Source of the DNA: an uncultured Acidobacteriota bacterium
GTDB lineage: Bacteria > Acidobacteriota > Thermoanaerobaculia > UBA5066
Direction: 5' to 3'
NCBI GenBank assembly: GCA_963779415.1
Contig: CAVZYA010000002.1
Location: forward strand, 96,001 to 160,000
Length of the DNA: 64,000 nucleotides
The notes below the pieces were generated by a model. It saw only the letters and a program-made list of their open reading frames with translations, made no database searches and had not been told where the DNA came from. The translations under genes and the position numbers were made by a program. Numbering within the stretch: the first letter of the stretch is position 1; every line of letters starts with the position of its first letter. Of this stretch, positions 36,989 to 50,065 are shown in pieces.

Positions 36989-38002
36989 CTATCCGAAGAG
37001 CGAGCCGCCCGCCGGAGAGAGGCCGAGATGCCGGTAGGCGAGGGCCGACGCGACGCGTCCCTTCGGCGTTCGCTGGATGAAGCCCGACTGGAGGAGAAAC
37101 GGCTCGTAGAGGTCTTCGAGCGTCCCTTTGTCCTCGCCGAGGGAGTGCGCGAGGGCCGAGAGGCCGACCGGCCCCCCGCCGAACCGCTCGATCATCGTCG
37201 TCAGGATCTTCCGGTCGATCTCGTCGAGCCCATGGTGGTCCACCTCGAGCTTGTCGAGCGCCGTCTGCGCCCCCGCGAGCGTGATGGACGATTCGCCCCC
37301 GACCTCCGCATAGTCGCGGACGCGCCGAAGGAGGCGGTTCGCGATGCGCGGCGTCCCCCGGCTCCGGCGCGCGATCTCCCCGGCCGCCCCCTCCTCGACC
37401 GGGCAGCCGAGGATCGACGCCGAGCGGACGACGATCGTCGCGAGCGCGGCCCCGTCGTAGTAATCGAGCCGGTGGGTGATCCCGAACCGCCCGGTGAGGG
37501 GCTGCGAGAGGAGCCCGGCGCGCGTCGTGGCGCCGACGAGGGTGAACGGGGGGAGCCTCAGCTCCACCGTCCGGGCCCCCGGGCCCGAGCCAATGATGAG
37601 GTCGAGCTTTCCGTCCTCCATCGCGGGGTAGAGGATCTCCTCCACGGCGGGGGGGAGCCGGTGGATCTCGTCGATGAAGAGGACGTCCCCGGGCGCGAGG
37701 TTCGTCAGGAGCGCGGCGACGTCTCCCGCCTTCTCGAGGACGGGGCCCGACGTGACGCGCAGCTGGGCCCCCATCTCGCGCGCGACGATGTGGGCGAGCG
37801 TCGTCTTGCCGAGACCGGGCGGCCCCGAGAGGAGGACGTGATCGAGCGGCTCGCGCCGCCGGAGCGCCGCCTGGATGAAGACGCCGAGCGTCTCCTTCAG
37901 TTTCGCCTGGCCGATGAAATCGGTGAGGGCACGCGGCCGGAGCGTGACGTCCGCGTCCCGCTCCTCGGCCTGGAGCACTCCCGACAGAATCCTCTCATCC
38001 AT
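36989..38002 (-). CDS. ruvB: Holliday junction helicase RuvB
   Basis: [37 protein letters not shown] and EPFL..RTPKGR. Confidence 0.97.
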   Translation of the reverse strand: MDERILSGVLQAEERDADVTLRPRALTDFIGQAKLKETLGVFIQAALRRREPLDHVLLSGPPGLGKTTLAHIVAREMGAQLRVTSGPVLEKAGDVAALLTNLAPGDVLFIDEIHRLPPAVEEILYPAMEDGKLDLIIGSGPGARTVELRLPPFTLVGATTRAGLLSQPLTGRFGITHRLDYYDGAALATIVVRSASILGCPVEEGAAGEIARRSRGTPRIANRLLRRVRDYAEVGGESSITLAGAQTALDKLEVDHHGLDEIDRKILTTMIERFGGGPVGLSALAHSLGEDKGTLEDLYEPFLLQSGFIQRTPKGRVASALAYRHLGLSPAGGSLFG

Positions 38003-38030
38003 GAGATGCCGCTACCTCTGCTCCGTCATT

Positions 38031-38069
38031 GGGGGTCCGGGGGCGCCCGGAGGTAAGCCCCCGGCGAGC
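38031..38069. repeat. GC-rich REP-like element, copy between ruvA and ruvB
   Basis: GGGGGTCCGGGGG...CCCCCGGCGAGC, shared with 38713-38775. Confidence 0.6.
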
Positions 38070-38092
38070 ATGCGTTCGTCCATCGGCTGGGA

Positions 38093-38683
38093 TTATCGAG
38101 CCAGCGACTTCAGCGCGGCCTCGAGAATCGCGTTCAGATCGTCGACGGCCACCTTCCGGGCCGCGGACGTGACGGCGGCTTCGGCCTGCGCCGCCTTGTA
38201 GCCGAGATTCTTCAGCGCGGCGATCGCGTCGTCCACCACGGAGCTCTTCCCCCCCTTCGCGGGCGCTTCGCCGAAGCCGAGAGCCGCCATCTTCTCCTTC
38301 AGCTCCACCCCGAGACGCTCGGCCAGCTTCCTGCCGACACCGGGAATGGAGGTGAGGAGGCGCGCGTTCTGCGCGGCGATGGCTCCGACGAGCTCGGGCA
38401 GCGGAAGGCCGGAAAGGATCGAGAGGGCGACGCGGGGACCGATCCCGGAGACGGTCAGGAGCGTTTCGAAGACGAGCTTCTCCTGTTTCGAGATGAAGCC
38501 GAAGAGCTGGATCGCGTCTTCGCGAACGTGCGTGTGGACGAAGAGCGTCGCCCTGTGGCCGGCGGACGGGAGCGCCGTGAACGTCCCGAGCGGGATCGCG
38601 ACGTCGTACCCGACTCCTCCGACGTCGAGGAGGACCCGGTCCGGCTGGACCTCGACGAGCGTGCCGACAAGTCTCGCAATCAT
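38093..38683 (-). CDS. ruvA: Holliday junction DNA-binding protein RuvA
   Basis: MIARLVG, DVGGVGY, VREDAIQLFGF, VSGIGP, IPGVGRK and ALKNLGY. Confidence 0.97.
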   Translation of the reverse strand: MIARLVGTLVEVQPDRVLLDVGGVGYDVAIPLGTFTALPSAGHRATLFVHTHVREDAIQLFGFISKQEKLVFETLLTVSGIGPRVALSILSGLPLPELVGAIAAQNARLLTSIPGVGRKLAERLGVELKEKMAALGFGEAPAKGGKSSVVDDAIAALKNLGYKAAQAEAAVTSAARKVAVDDLNAILEAALKSLAR

Positions 38684-38712
38684 GTCGCCGCCGGAGAGTG
38701 TAGCGAGAAGCC

Positions 38713-38775
38713 GGGGGGTCCGGGGGGGACGACGGGGGTGGGGCCCCGTCGTCGGAAACGCGCCCCCCGGCGAGC
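38713..38775. repeat. GC-rich REP-like element, copy upstream of ruvA
   Basis: GGGGGGTCCGGGGGGG, inner hairpin GACGACGGGG/CCCCGTCGTC, then CCCCCCGGCGAGC. Confidence 0.6.
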
Positions 38776-38783
38776 CCTCGCGA

Positions 38784-40718
38784 TCACGTCGGAACGTCGA
38801 ACCGGCGGAGCACCTCGCGATTGACCTCGATCTTCCGCTCGGCGCGCTGCCGCTGGAGGAGCGCCTGGATGAGACGCGAGGCCTTCTGCGCCCGGAGCGA
38901 GTCGCGGAGCTTCTCCTTCTGCGCCTCGAAGGCGGCCTTGTCGAACGCCGTCTTCTCCACGATCCGGATCAGGACCGCTCCCTTCTCGCCGAGGCCCACG
39001 GGCCCCTTCACCTCACCCGGATTCCCCTCGAACGCGGCGTCGAGGAGGGCCTTCTGCGCCCCGAGGCCCGGGATCGGCCCGGCCTTGCCGAAACTCTCCG
39101 GCTTCTCGACGGTCAGCTTCAAGTCCTTCGCGACACTCTCGAGAGTGCCGTCCTTCTCGAGCGCCTTCTTGAGCGTCAGGACCGCCGTCTCCTCCTGCTT
39201 CTTGCGCGTCAGGTCGGCCACGACCCGCGCCTTCACCTCGGCGAAGGGAGGAACCCCCGACGGCCGCGTCTCGGCGAGCTTCACGAGCGCCTCGCCCCGC
39301 GCCGTCGCAACCGGCGGCGAGACCTCGCCCGGCTTGAGCGCGAAGAGGACGGACGAGAATTCCGGGTTCGGGCCGAGGCCCGCCGCGGCGTCGGTCCGCG
39401 AGAGGAACTCCGTCTCGTTGAACGTCACGGGCCCCGTCGCGAGCTTCCGGAGTTCGTCGTCGGACGGCTTCGACATCCTGGCGATCTTCTCGGAGAGATC
39501 CTTCGCGAGGCGGCGCGCCTCGTCCGCCGCGCGCTTCTCCGTGAGGCGCGCGCGAATGGCCGCCGACACCTCGAAGAGGGGCTGGACGCGCGGGGGAATC
39601 TTTTCCTCGACCTGGATGACGTGGTAGCCGAACGCCGTCTTCACGGGCCCGACGATCTGCTTCGGCTCCGCGGCGAACGCGGCGTCCTCGAACTCCTTCA
39701 CCATCTGCCCGCGGCCGAAGACGCCGAGCTCGCCGCCCGATGCTTTCGATCCCGGGTCGTCCGACTCGGCCCGCGCGAGAGCGGCGAAGTCGGCGCCGGC
39801 CTTGAGCTTCCGGACGGCCGCCTCGGCCTTCGCGCGCGCCGCCGCGTCCGTGGAGGCGTCGGCCTTGTAGAGGATGTGGCGGGCGCGGATCTCCTCGCCC
39901 CGGCGATAGGTGTCGGCGTTCGCGTTGTAGTCCTTCTGGACGTCGGCGTCGGAGACCTGGATCCCCGCGCGGATCTTCGCCGTCTCGACGAGAAGGTACT
40001 TCGCCTTCCGCTTCTCCCCCTGCAGGTAGTTCGCGGAGTTCGCCTTGAAGTACGCCTCGGCCTCGGCGTCGGTGACGCTCCCCGGCAGCTCCTTGGGGGG
40101 CGGCAGAAGGACGTACTCCACCCGGGCCTTCACGCTGCGCGACGCGAAGTCCTCCTCCACCTCGCCGTCCCCGACGAAGACGGAGTCGGAAAGGAAACGG
40201 TTCAGCTTCTCGAGGAGGATCTGCTCGCGCGTCTCGGCCTCGAACGCTTCGGGCGTCCGGCCGACCGAGGCGAGCATCCTCTTGTAGGCACCCTCGCCGA
40301 CGAAGACCCCGTCCCGGAGGAAGATCGCCCGTCCCTGCGCGTCCTTGTAGCCGAGGATCTTCGACGTCAGCTCGGCGTCCGTCACCCGGAGCTTCAGCCG
40401 GTTGGCCTCCTCACGGAGAAGCCGCCGGTCGATGAGCCCGTTCAGGACCTGGTCCGGAAGGTTCATCATCTTCAGCAGCTCCGGCGTGAAGTTCTTCCCG
40501 TAGAGCTGCCGGTAGCGGTCCTCGGCGTCGCGGTACTCGCGCTGGAACTCCGCGACGGGGATCGTGGTCCCTCCGATGCGCGCGACCCACGTCGGATCGC
40601 CGCCGCGCCCCGCCGACCCCATACCCCAGTCGACAAAGACGAAGAGGACGAAGACGGCGATGACCGCCCAGAGGATCCATTTGAGGTTGTGGAAGTTCCG
40701 GCGAAGAGTGGTGAGCAT
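38784..40718 (-). CDS. ppiD: Periplasmic chaperone/parvulin PPIase PpiD
   Basis: N-terminal TM, SurA-N-like region, RARHIL, SDDPGS, GGELG and GPVKTAFGYHVI. Confidence 0.88.
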   Translation of the reverse strand: MLTTLRRNFHNLKWILWAVIAVFVLFVFVDWGMGSAGRGGDPTWVARIGGTTIPVAEFQREYRDAEDRYRQLYGKNFTPELLKMMNLPDQVLNGLIDRRLLREEANRLKLRVTDAELTSKILGYKDAQGRAIFLRDGVFVGEGAYKRMLASVGRTPEAFEAETREQILLEKLNRFLSDSVFVGDGEVEEDFASRSVKARVEYVLLPPPKELPGSVTDAEAEAYFKANSANYLQGEKRKAKYLLVETAKIRAGIQVSDADVQKDYNANADTYRRGEEIRARHILYKADASTDAAARAKAEAAVRKLKAGADFAALARAESDDPGSKASGGELGVFGRGQMVKEFEDAAFAAEPKQIVGPVKTAFGYHVIQVEEKIPPRVQPLFEVSAAIRARLTEKRAADEARRLAKDLSEKIARMSKPSDDELRKLATGPVTFNETEFLSRTDAAAGLGPNPEFSSVLFALKPGEVSPPVATARGEALVKLAETRPSGVPPFAEVKARVVADLTRKKQEETAVLTLKKALEKDGTLESVAKDLKLTVEKPESFGKAGPIPGLGAQKALLDAAFEGNPGEVKGPVGLGEKGAVLIRIVEKTAFDKAAFEAQKEKLRDSLRAQKASRLIQALLQRQRAERKIEVNREVLRRFDVPT

Positions 40719-40831
40719 CGTGTCTCCGGGGTCGGGGCGTCGCCTTGGGGAGGCGGCCCCTCGAGTCGGGCGAAGTGCGGACGATACGCTAGAATGACTT
40801 TTCCGCGCAAGCCTTTCTCGGCGCGGGTGTT

Positions 40832-43325
<2,494 letters not shown>

Positions 43326-43336
43326 AGCGGCGCGCG

Positions 43337-44191
43337 ATGGCAACCGCTCCTCTCACGACACGCCGGCCGGAAATCCTCCTGGGGATCCTCCTCGCGGGCT
43401 GTCTCGTGGCGCTCTCGCTCCAGGTGCGGCGCCCGTCCGGCGAGACCACGGGCGAGCGGTGGCTCCAGTCGGTCATCTCGCCCTTCGCGGATGCCGTGGC
43501 CGGCGTCCGCGCGGGCGCGGGGGACCTCGCCGAGTGGTCCTCCTCCCGGCGCTCGCTCCTTTCGGAGAACACCCGGCTCCGGGAGGAGGTGGAAGGGCTC
43601 GAGGCGGAGCTCTTGCGCCTTCGCAGCGTGGAGCGCGATCGTGACCGGCTCCTCGCCCTCTTCGGCGCGCACAAGACACCCCCCGCGGGGACGCTCCCCG
43701 CGAGGCTCGTCGCCGTGGAGTCCGCGGGTTTCTTCCGCTCCGCTCTCCTCGACCGGGGCGAAGCGGACGGAGTCGTACCGGGAGCCGTCGTCGTCGCCGC
43801 CGAAGGGCTTCTCGGGCGCGTCGTCGCCGTCGGCTCGGGGAGCGCCCGCGTCCAGCTCCTCTCCGACCGGGTGGCCGCCGCCGGCGTCCTTCTCGTGAAG
43901 CAGGGGCGCGCCGCCGTGGCCCGCGGCGACGGCAAGGGGGGCGCGACCGTCCTCTACGTCCCGATGATCGAGCCGGTCGAGCCGGGAGACCTCGTCGTCA
44001 CGACCGGAACCGACGGCCTCTATCCGAGCGACCTCCTCGTCGGCCGGATCTCCTCCGTGAGCCGCTCGGGCTCGCTCTTCTGGGAGATCCAGGTGGCGAT
44101 GGCCGCCGACCCGGCGAAGACGGCACGCGTCTTCGTCTTCCCCCCGGTCCGGCCCGCGGAGATTCCCCCCGGCTCTCCGGCGAGGCGATAG
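43337..44191 (+). CDS. mreC: Rod shape-determining protein MreC
   Basis: TM, coiled coil (ENTRLREE), GLLGRV and GDLVVTTG.DGLYP; synteny with mreB. Confidence 0.92.
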   Translation: MATAPLTTRRPEILLGILLAGCLVALSLQVRRPSGETTGERWLQSVISPFADAVAGVRAGAGDLAEWSSSRRSLLSENTRLREEVEGLEAELLRLRSVERDRDRLLALFGAHKTPPAGTLPARLVAVESAGFFRSALLDRGEADGVVPGAVVVAAEGLLGRVVAVGSGSARVQLLSDRVAAAGVLLVKQGRAAVARGDGKGGATVLYVPMIEPVEPGDLVVTTGTDGLYPSDLLVGRISSVSRSGSLFWEIQVAMAADPAKTARVFVFPPVRPAEIPPGSPARR

Positions 44192-44199
44192 GGAACGCC

Positions 44200-44703
44200 G
44201 TGAGCGTCCTCCGTCTCGCCGTGGGCCTCGCGCTTTCCCTTCTCGGGACGCTCGGCCTCGGCGCGATCGGCCTGCGCGCAGCGCCGGATCTCCTGATGCT
44301 TCCCGTCGGAGACGCGGCCCTTCGCGGCCGCGCGCCCCTCGCGATGCTCGCGGGGCTCCTCGCGGGGCTCCTCGAAGACCTCGTCTCCGTCCCCGGCCGG
44401 CTCCTCGGCCTTCACGCCTTCACGAAGATCCTCCTCGGCTACCTCCTCGCTTCGGTCGCGGCGCGCATGGTCATCGCGAAGCCGGCCGCCGTCGGCGCCC
44501 TCCTCGGCACGGCCGTTCTCGTGGAGAGCATGGCGCTCGTCCTCCTTCTCTGGCTCCTCCGCGGCGAGATGCTCCTTCCGTCGCCCCTCCTCGTCCTCGC
44601 GCGGGCCGCCGGGACCGGGATCGTGGCCGCCGCCCTCCAGACCGCGGCGCGCCATCCCTGGCGCGAGCGTCGGGAGGCGCGGCGCCGGATGAGGCTCGGA
44701 TGA
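44200..44703 (+). CDS. mreD: Rod shape-determining protein MreD
   Basis: Hydrophobic with PDL, GLLED and LGLHA motifs; synteny. Confidence 0.85.
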   Translation: MSVLRLAVGLALSLLGTLGLGAIGLRAAPDLLMLPVGDAALRGRAPLAMLAGLLAGLLEDLVSVPGRLLGLHAFTKILLGYLLASVAARMVIAKPAAVGALLGTAVLVESMALVLLLWLLRGEMLLPSPLLVLARAAGTGIVAAALQTAARHPWRERREARRRMRLG

Positions 44704-46553
44704 CGACCGCCAATGCCCGCGAGGACCGGCGTCCCCTCCTCGTCCGGATCGAACGGGCCACGGCCTTCGCCTGGGCGATCCTCGCCATCCTCGTCGGCGT
44801 CTACTGGTTTCATCAGATCCTGCGGGGCGAGGAGTACGCCCGGCAGGCCGAGGACAACCGTCTCCGCTCCGTCCCCGTGACGGCCCCTCGCGGGTTCATT
44901 CTCGACCGCAACGGGACGGTCCTCGCCGAGAACGAGCCCGCCTTCACCCTTCTTCTCTACCGGAAGGAGACGAAGGACCTCGACCGCTCGCTCCGCTTCG
45001 TGGCCGACCTTCTCGACCGCTCCTTCGACGACCTGAAGCGCCGCGCCGAACGGGACCGCTCGTCTTACGACTTCGTGCCGGTCGTTCTCGAGGACAACCT
45101 GACGATGTCGGAAGTGGCCGCCGTCGAGGCGCACGCGCTCGAGCACCCGGAGCTCGCCGTCCAGACGGCCGAGCGCCGCGTCTATGGCCACGGCGAGGTG
45201 GCGGCCCACCTTCTCGGCCACCTCGGGGAAGCCTCGCTCGAGCAGCTCGTGGCGCGAGCCGGCCGGACGCGCCCCGGCGAGGCGATCGGACAGAAGGGGG
45301 TGGAGGCGGCCTACCAGGATCTCCTCGCGGGCGTCTCCGGCTCCCGGACGTTCATCATCGACTCGTTCGGCCGGGAGGTGGGAGAGTCGGGACGGGTCGA
45401 CCCGCTCCCCGGAAACACCCTCTGGCTCACCATCGACCTTCCGCTCCAGAAGATCGCGGAGGAGTATTTCGCGGACAAGGTGGGGAGCGCCGTCGCGCTC
45501 GACCCGAAGACGGGCGAGATCCTCGCGCTCGTCTCCTCGCCGGCGTTCGACCCGAACCTCTTCACGAAGCGCCTCTCGCGGGCGGAGTGGGACTCGATCG
45601 TCACGGACGAGAACCACCCGCTCAACAACCGCGTCCTCCAGAACGTCTACTCGCCCGGCTCCGTCTGGAAGGCGTTCATGGCGCGCGCGATCCTCGCGAG
45701 CGGGATCCGTCCCGACGAGCGGGTCTTCTGCACGGGGGGGGCGACCTTCTACGGCCGCTTCTTCCGCTGCCACGGACATCACGGCTCCGTCGACCTGACG
45801 ACGGCGCTCCAAGTCTCCTGCGACACCTACTTCTATACGATGGGGCGGCGGCTCGGCATCGAGGAGATCGCCGAGAACGGAAACCTCTTCGGTTTCGGCC
45901 GTCCCACCGGCATCGACCTCCTCGGCGAGAAGAGCGGCGTCCTCCCCTCGTCCGCGTGGAGCCTCAAGGCGCGCAAGCATCCCTGGTATGCCGGGGAGAC
46001 GATCTCCGTCGCGATCGGGCAGGGGCCGGTTCTCGTCACGGCCCTGCAGCTCGCGCGGGCCTTTGCCGGGATCGCGAACGGGGACGGCGCCCTTCCGACG
46101 CCGCACCTCTTCCACATCGGCGAGAACGTCCGGACGCGCGAGCGCTTCGTCTACCGCCCCCCCGTGAAGGAGTTCGTTCCCTGGCCGAAGGGGGCGCGCG
46201 AACTCATCGTCGAGGGGCTCTGGCGCGTCGTGAACGCGCCGGGAGGGACGGCCTACTCCGTCCACGTCCCCGGCCTCGACATCTGCGGCAAGACGGGGAC
46301 GGTGCAGGTCGTCGCCCAGAAGGAGGCCCGGAAGGCCTACCTTCTTCCGGAGGCCCTCCGCGACCACGGATGGTTCGCCTCGTTCGCGCCGAGGGACGAC
46401 CCGAAGATCGTCGTCGTCGTCTTCGTCGAGCACGGCCTTCACGGAAACATCGCGGCCGCGCCGCTCGCGGCGAAGCTCACCTCGGCGTGGCTCGCGCGCG
46501 GCACCGGACAGCCGGCCACCCTCCTCGCGGCGAGACCGGCGGGCGCCCGATGA
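44700..46553 (+). CDS. mrdA: Penicillin-binding protein 2
   Basis: APRGFILDRNG, SVWK (SxxK), SCD, KTG and DHGWF. Confidence 0.95.
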   Translation: MTTANAREDRRPLLVRIERATAFAWAILAILVGVYWFHQILRGEEYARQAEDNRLRSVPVTAPRGFILDRNGTVLAENEPAFTLLLYRKETKDLDRSLRFVADLLDRSFDDLKRRAERDRSSYDFVPVVLEDNLTMSEVAAVEAHALEHPELAVQTAERRVYGHGEVAAHLLGHLGEASLEQLVARAGRTRPGEAIGQKGVEAAYQDLLAGVSGSRTFIIDSFGREVGESGRVDPLPGNTLWLTIDLPLQKIAEEYFADKVGSAVALDPKTGEILALVSSPAFDPNLFTKRLSRAEWDSIVTDENHPLNNRVLQNVYSPGSVWKAFMARAILASGIRPDERVFCTGGATFYGRFFRCHGHHGSVDLTTALQVSCDTYFYTMGRRLGIEEIAENGNLFGFGRPTGIDLLGEKSGVLPSSAWSLKARKHPWYAGETISVAIGQGPVLVTALQLARAFAGIANGDGALPTPHLFHIGENVRTRERFVYRPPVKEFVPWPKGARELIVEGLWRVVNAPGGTAYSVHVPGLDICGKTGTVQVVAQKEARKAYLLPEALRDHGWFASFAPRDDPKIVVVVFVEHGLHGNIAAAPLAAKLTSAWLARGTGQPATLLAARPAGAR

Positions 46554-46578
46554 GGCGAGGCGGCCGGAAGGGCGCGCC

Positions 46579-47676
46579 GTGTCGCGGCTGAGCGAAGCCC
46601 TTCCGCGAAGGCTCGACCTTCGCCTCCTCGGCGCCGCGCTCGCCCTGACGCTCGTCGGGATCGCGATGATCTACTCGACGACCTCGGGCACGGCGCGGGG
46701 AGACCTCGCGGCGCGGCAGGCGCTCTACACCCTCATCTCGCTCGGGGTCGCCGCCGTCTTCCTCGCGATCGACTACCGGATCCTCCTCGAGTACTCGCCG
46801 GGCCTCTACGGCCTCACCCTCGTCGTCCTCGCGGCCCTCCCGCTCTTCGGGACGCGGATCGCCGGGGCGAAGTCGTGGATCCGCATCGCGGGATTCCAGG
46901 TCCAGCCTTCGGAGCTGGCGCGGATCTCCATCGCCCTCCTCCTCGCCTGGCTCCTCGAACGGGACGACCAGAAGATCGTCCGGACCCGGACCCTCCTCCT
47001 CGTCGGCGTCGCCGTGGGCGTGCCGATGCTTCTCGTCCTCCTCCAGCCCGACACGGGCGTCGCGCTCACCTACGTCCCGTTCATCCTGACGGCCTTCTTC
47101 TTCGGCGGGATGCGGACGAAGTGGTGGGTCGTGCTGATCCTGGGCGGCGCCCTCGCCCTCGGAGGCTCGTGGTTTCTTCTGAAGGACTACCAGAAGGACC
47201 GGATCCGGACCTTCCTCGATCCGAACCTCGCCCTCCGCGGCGCGGGCTACCAGGTCCGGCAGGCCCGCATCGCGATCGGATCGGGAGGAGTCTTCGGAAA
47301 GGGCTTCAAGCAGGGAACGCAGAGCCGGCTCGGCTTTCTCCCGGTGCGCCACACGGACTTCATCTTCGCGGCGCTCGGCGAGGAGTGGGGTTTCGCGGGG
47401 GTCGCGGCGGTCCTCGGCCTCTACGGGGCGTTCCTCGCGCGGGCGGCCCATCTCGCGCGCGACGCGCGCGACCGCGGAGGAGCCCTCCTCGTCCTCCTTC
47501 TCGCCACGAACATCGCCGCCGAGGCGATCTGGAACATCGCGATGAACGTCGGCCTCCTGCCGACGACCGGCATCACGCTCCCGCTCATCTCGTACGGCGG
47601 ATCGTCCCTTTTCGCGACGTGGGGGATGATCGGCCTCATGCTGTCGGTCGCCTACCGGCGGTTTGTTAACGTGTGA
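46579..47676 (+). CDS. rodA: SEDS peptidoglycan polymerase RodA
   Basis: GAKSWI, QPSE, QPDTG, GSGG.FGKG, HTDFIF and LPLISYGGSS. Confidence 0.95.
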   Translation: MSRLSEALPRRLDLRLLGAALALTLVGIAMIYSTTSGTARGDLAARQALYTLISLGVAAVFLAIDYRILLEYSPGLYGLTLVVLAALPLFGTRIAGAKSWIRIAGFQVQPSELARISIALLLAWLLERDDQKIVRTRTLLLVGVAVGVPMLLVLLQPDTGVALTYVPFILTAFFFGGMRTKWWVVLILGGALALGGSWFLLKDYQKDRIRTFLDPNLALRGAGYQVRQARIAIGSGGVFGKGFKQGTQSRLGFLPVRHTDFIFAALGEEWGFAGVAAVLGLYGAFLARAAHLARDARDRGGALLVLLLATNIAAEAIWNIAMNVGLLPTTGITLPLISYGGSSLFATWGMIGLMLSVAYRRFVNV

Positions 47677-47681
47677 GCGCG

Positions 47682-49247
47682 ATGAAAGAGCTTCTCATCT
47701 CGGCCGGGGACCGCGAGACGCGGGTAGCCGTCCTCGAGGACGGGCGCGTGACCGAGGTGCAGATCGAGCGCCGCCGCCAGCGCGGCGTCGTCGGGAACAT
47801 CTACAAGGGGCGCGTCACGCGCGTCCTTCCCGGCATGCAGTCGGCCTTCGTCGACCTCGGCCTCGAGAAGGACGCCTTCCTCTATGTCGCCGACGTCGGC
47901 GAGGAGGTGGACGACTTCGACCGCTTCGGTTCCGCCGAAGAGGAGCCCGAGCCGCTGAAGAGCCTCCCGGAGCCGACGGTTCACAACGGCTTCGAAGAGC
48001 CGGTCGAGGGGGAGGGGGAGGGGCTTACCCCGAAGGCCCCGCTCCCCTCGATCGACGAGCTTCTCCGCGAAGGACAGGAGGTCGTCGTCCAGGTGACGAA
48101 GGACATGATCGCGCACAAGGGGGTGCGGATCACGACCCACGTCACGCTTCCCGGGCGGACGCTCGTCTACATGCCGACGATCGACCACGTCGGCGTCTCC
48201 CGCCGGATCGAGAACGAGGAGGAGCGGAACCGGCTGAAGGAAATCCTGACGGGGTTGAAAAAGGGGCCGGGGGGCTTCATCGTCCGGACGGCCGGCGAGG
48301 GACGGAGCGCCGAGGAGTTCTCCTCCGACCGACGCTATCTGACGAAGCTCTGGGAGCAGATCCGGAAGAAAGCGGAGCGGACGGGCGCGCCCGCCCTCCT
48401 CCACCGCGACCTCGACCTCGCTCTCCGCGCCGCGCGCGACATCTTCGGGCAGGACTTCACGACGCTCTTCGTGGACGACGACGAGGAGTACCAGCGCGTC
48501 GTGGAGTTTCTCGACCAGGTCCAGCCCGAGCTCGTCCAGAAGGTCAAGCTCACCCGGAAGTCGACGCCCCTTTTCGAGGAGTACGGCGTCGAGGCCGAGA
48601 TCGAGAACGCCCTGAAGCCGAAGGTCTGGCTCAAGTCGGGGGGACACATCGTCATCAACCAGACCGAGGCGCTCGTCGCCATCGACGTCAACACGGGGAA
48701 GTTCGTCGGGAAGAGCCGCCTCGAGGACACCGTCCTGAAGACGAACCTCGAGGCCGTGCAGGAGATCGTCCGGCAGATCCGCCTCCGCGACCTCGGGGGG
48801 CTTCTCGTCATCGACTTCATCGACATGGAGGAGGAGCCGCACCGGGCCGAGCTGGTCGCCGCGCTCGAAGGGGAGCTGAGGAAGGACCGTGCCAAGAACC
48901 GGATGCTCCCCGTCTCGGATTTCGGCCTCGTCGAGATCACCCGCAAGCGCCAGCGCCAGAGCCTCGAGCGCGCCCTGACGATGCCCTGCCCCTACTGCGC
49001 CGGGGCGGGGCGGATCAAGAACGTCACGACGATCATCCTCGAGATCCGGAGGGAGATCCTGAAGAAGGTGGACGAGGGGGAGGCCCACTCGCTCCTTCTC
49101 CGCGTCCACCCCGAGATCTATCGCGCCCTCATGGGCGAGGAGCGCCGCCTCGTCGAGGAGCTGGAGGAGCGGATCGGCATGCCGATCCACGTCCAGTCCG
49201 ACGAGCACCTCCACCACGAAGGATTCGACATCGTCCTCGAAGCGTGA
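47682..49247 (+). CDS. rng: Ribonuclease G (Rne/Rng family)
   Basis: GNIYKGRV, PGMQSAFVD, IDVNTG, IDFIDM and CPYC. Confidence 0.93.
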   Translation: MKELLISAGDRETRVAVLEDGRVTEVQIERRRQRGVVGNIYKGRVTRVLPGMQSAFVDLGLEKDAFLYVADVGEEVDDFDRFGSAEEEPEPLKSLPEPTVHNGFEEPVEGEGEGLTPKAPLPSIDELLREGQEVVVQVTKDMIAHKGVRITTHVTLPGRTLVYMPTIDHVGVSRRIENEEERNRLKEILTGLKKGPGGFIVRTAGEGRSAEEFSSDRRYLTKLWEQIRKKAERTGAPALLHRDLDLALRAARDIFGQDFTTLFVDDDEEYQRVVEFLDQVQPELVQKVKLTRKSTPLFEEYGVEAEIENALKPKVWLKSGGHIVINQTEALVAIDVNTGKFVGKSRLEDTVLKTNLEAVQEIVRQIRLRDLGGLLVIDFIDMEEEPHRAELVAALEGELRKDRAKNRMLPVSDFGLVEITRKRQRQSLERALTMPCPYCAGAGRIKNVTTIILEIRREILKKVDEGEAHSLLLRVHPEIYRALMGEERRLVEELEERIGMPIHVQSDEHLHHEGFDIVLEA

Positions 49248-49290
49248 CACGGACCGCCGGTTGGCAAACGTGACCGGGAGCCGGTTTCCC

Positions 49291-49821
49291 ATGAGCATTC
49301 GTCCTCTCGCCGCCCTGAACGTCTTCGCCTTCGTCTTCTTCCTGACCGGCTGCGTCGGAATTCCCGATGCCGTGTCACCCGTCAATGACTTTCGGCTGGA
49401 GAGGTATCTGGGACGGTGGTACGAGATTGCCCGGCTGGACCATTCCTTCGAACGCGGCTTGACCAGGGTCACCGCAACCGACAGTCTGCGGCCTGACGGC
49501 GGCGTCCGAGTCGTGAACCGCGGCTATTCCCCCAAAGAGAATGCCTGGAAAGAAGCCGAGGGGAAGGCCTATTTCGTGAAGAACGCCGATCAGGGCTACC
49601 TGAAGGTCTCTTTCTTCGGTCCCTTCTACGGCTCGTATGTCGTCTTCGCTCTCGATCACGAGAACTATCAATACGCACTCGTCTGCGGTCCCAACAAGTC
49701 CTATCTGTGGATGCTGGCGAGGTCTCCGGAAGTGCCGGACGCGTTGAAGGAGACGCTCGTGAAAAGGGCCGCCGCTCTCGGTTTCGACATTGGCAAGTTG
49801 ATCTTCGTCGATCAACGCTAG
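49291..49821 (+). CDS. blc: Bacterial lipocalin lipoprotein (probable cassette cargo)
   Basis: Lipobox FLTGC, YLGRWYEIAR, LKVSFFGPFY and YLWMLAR. Confidence 0.92.
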   Translation: MSIRPLAALNVFAFVFFLTGCVGIPDAVSPVNDFRLERYLGRWYEIARLDHSFERGLTRVTATDSLRPDGGVRVVNRGYSPKENAWKEAEGKAYFVKNADQGYLKVSFFGPFYGSYVVFALDHENYQYALVCGPNKSYLWMLARSPEVPDALKETLVKRAAALGFDIGKLIFVDQR

Positions 49822-49828
49822 CAGCCGG

Positions 49829-49872
49829 GACTGAACCATCGCTGCGCTCGCCGCTGAACGGTATCGCTCCGC
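49829..49872 (+). mobile_element. Degenerate attC-like site 1
   Basis: GACTGAAC just after the blc stop; TCGCTGCGCTCGCCGCTGA is shared with site 3; right core degraded. Confidence 0.5.
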
Positions 49873-50065
49873 GACGCCCAGGTGCCCGGTCGTCAAGAGA
49901 GTCGGATCGCCCGTTCCCATTCTGCTCGCGATCGTAATCGTTCCGAGGTTCGCGTCCCGGTCACCGCGATCTCACGCCGTCGCGCACCGGCTTACAATGG
50001 TGCACGGACATCAAGACTCCCGAGTACTCCCGGGAGACGATCAACCGGCTGAAGGAGGTTCTTTC

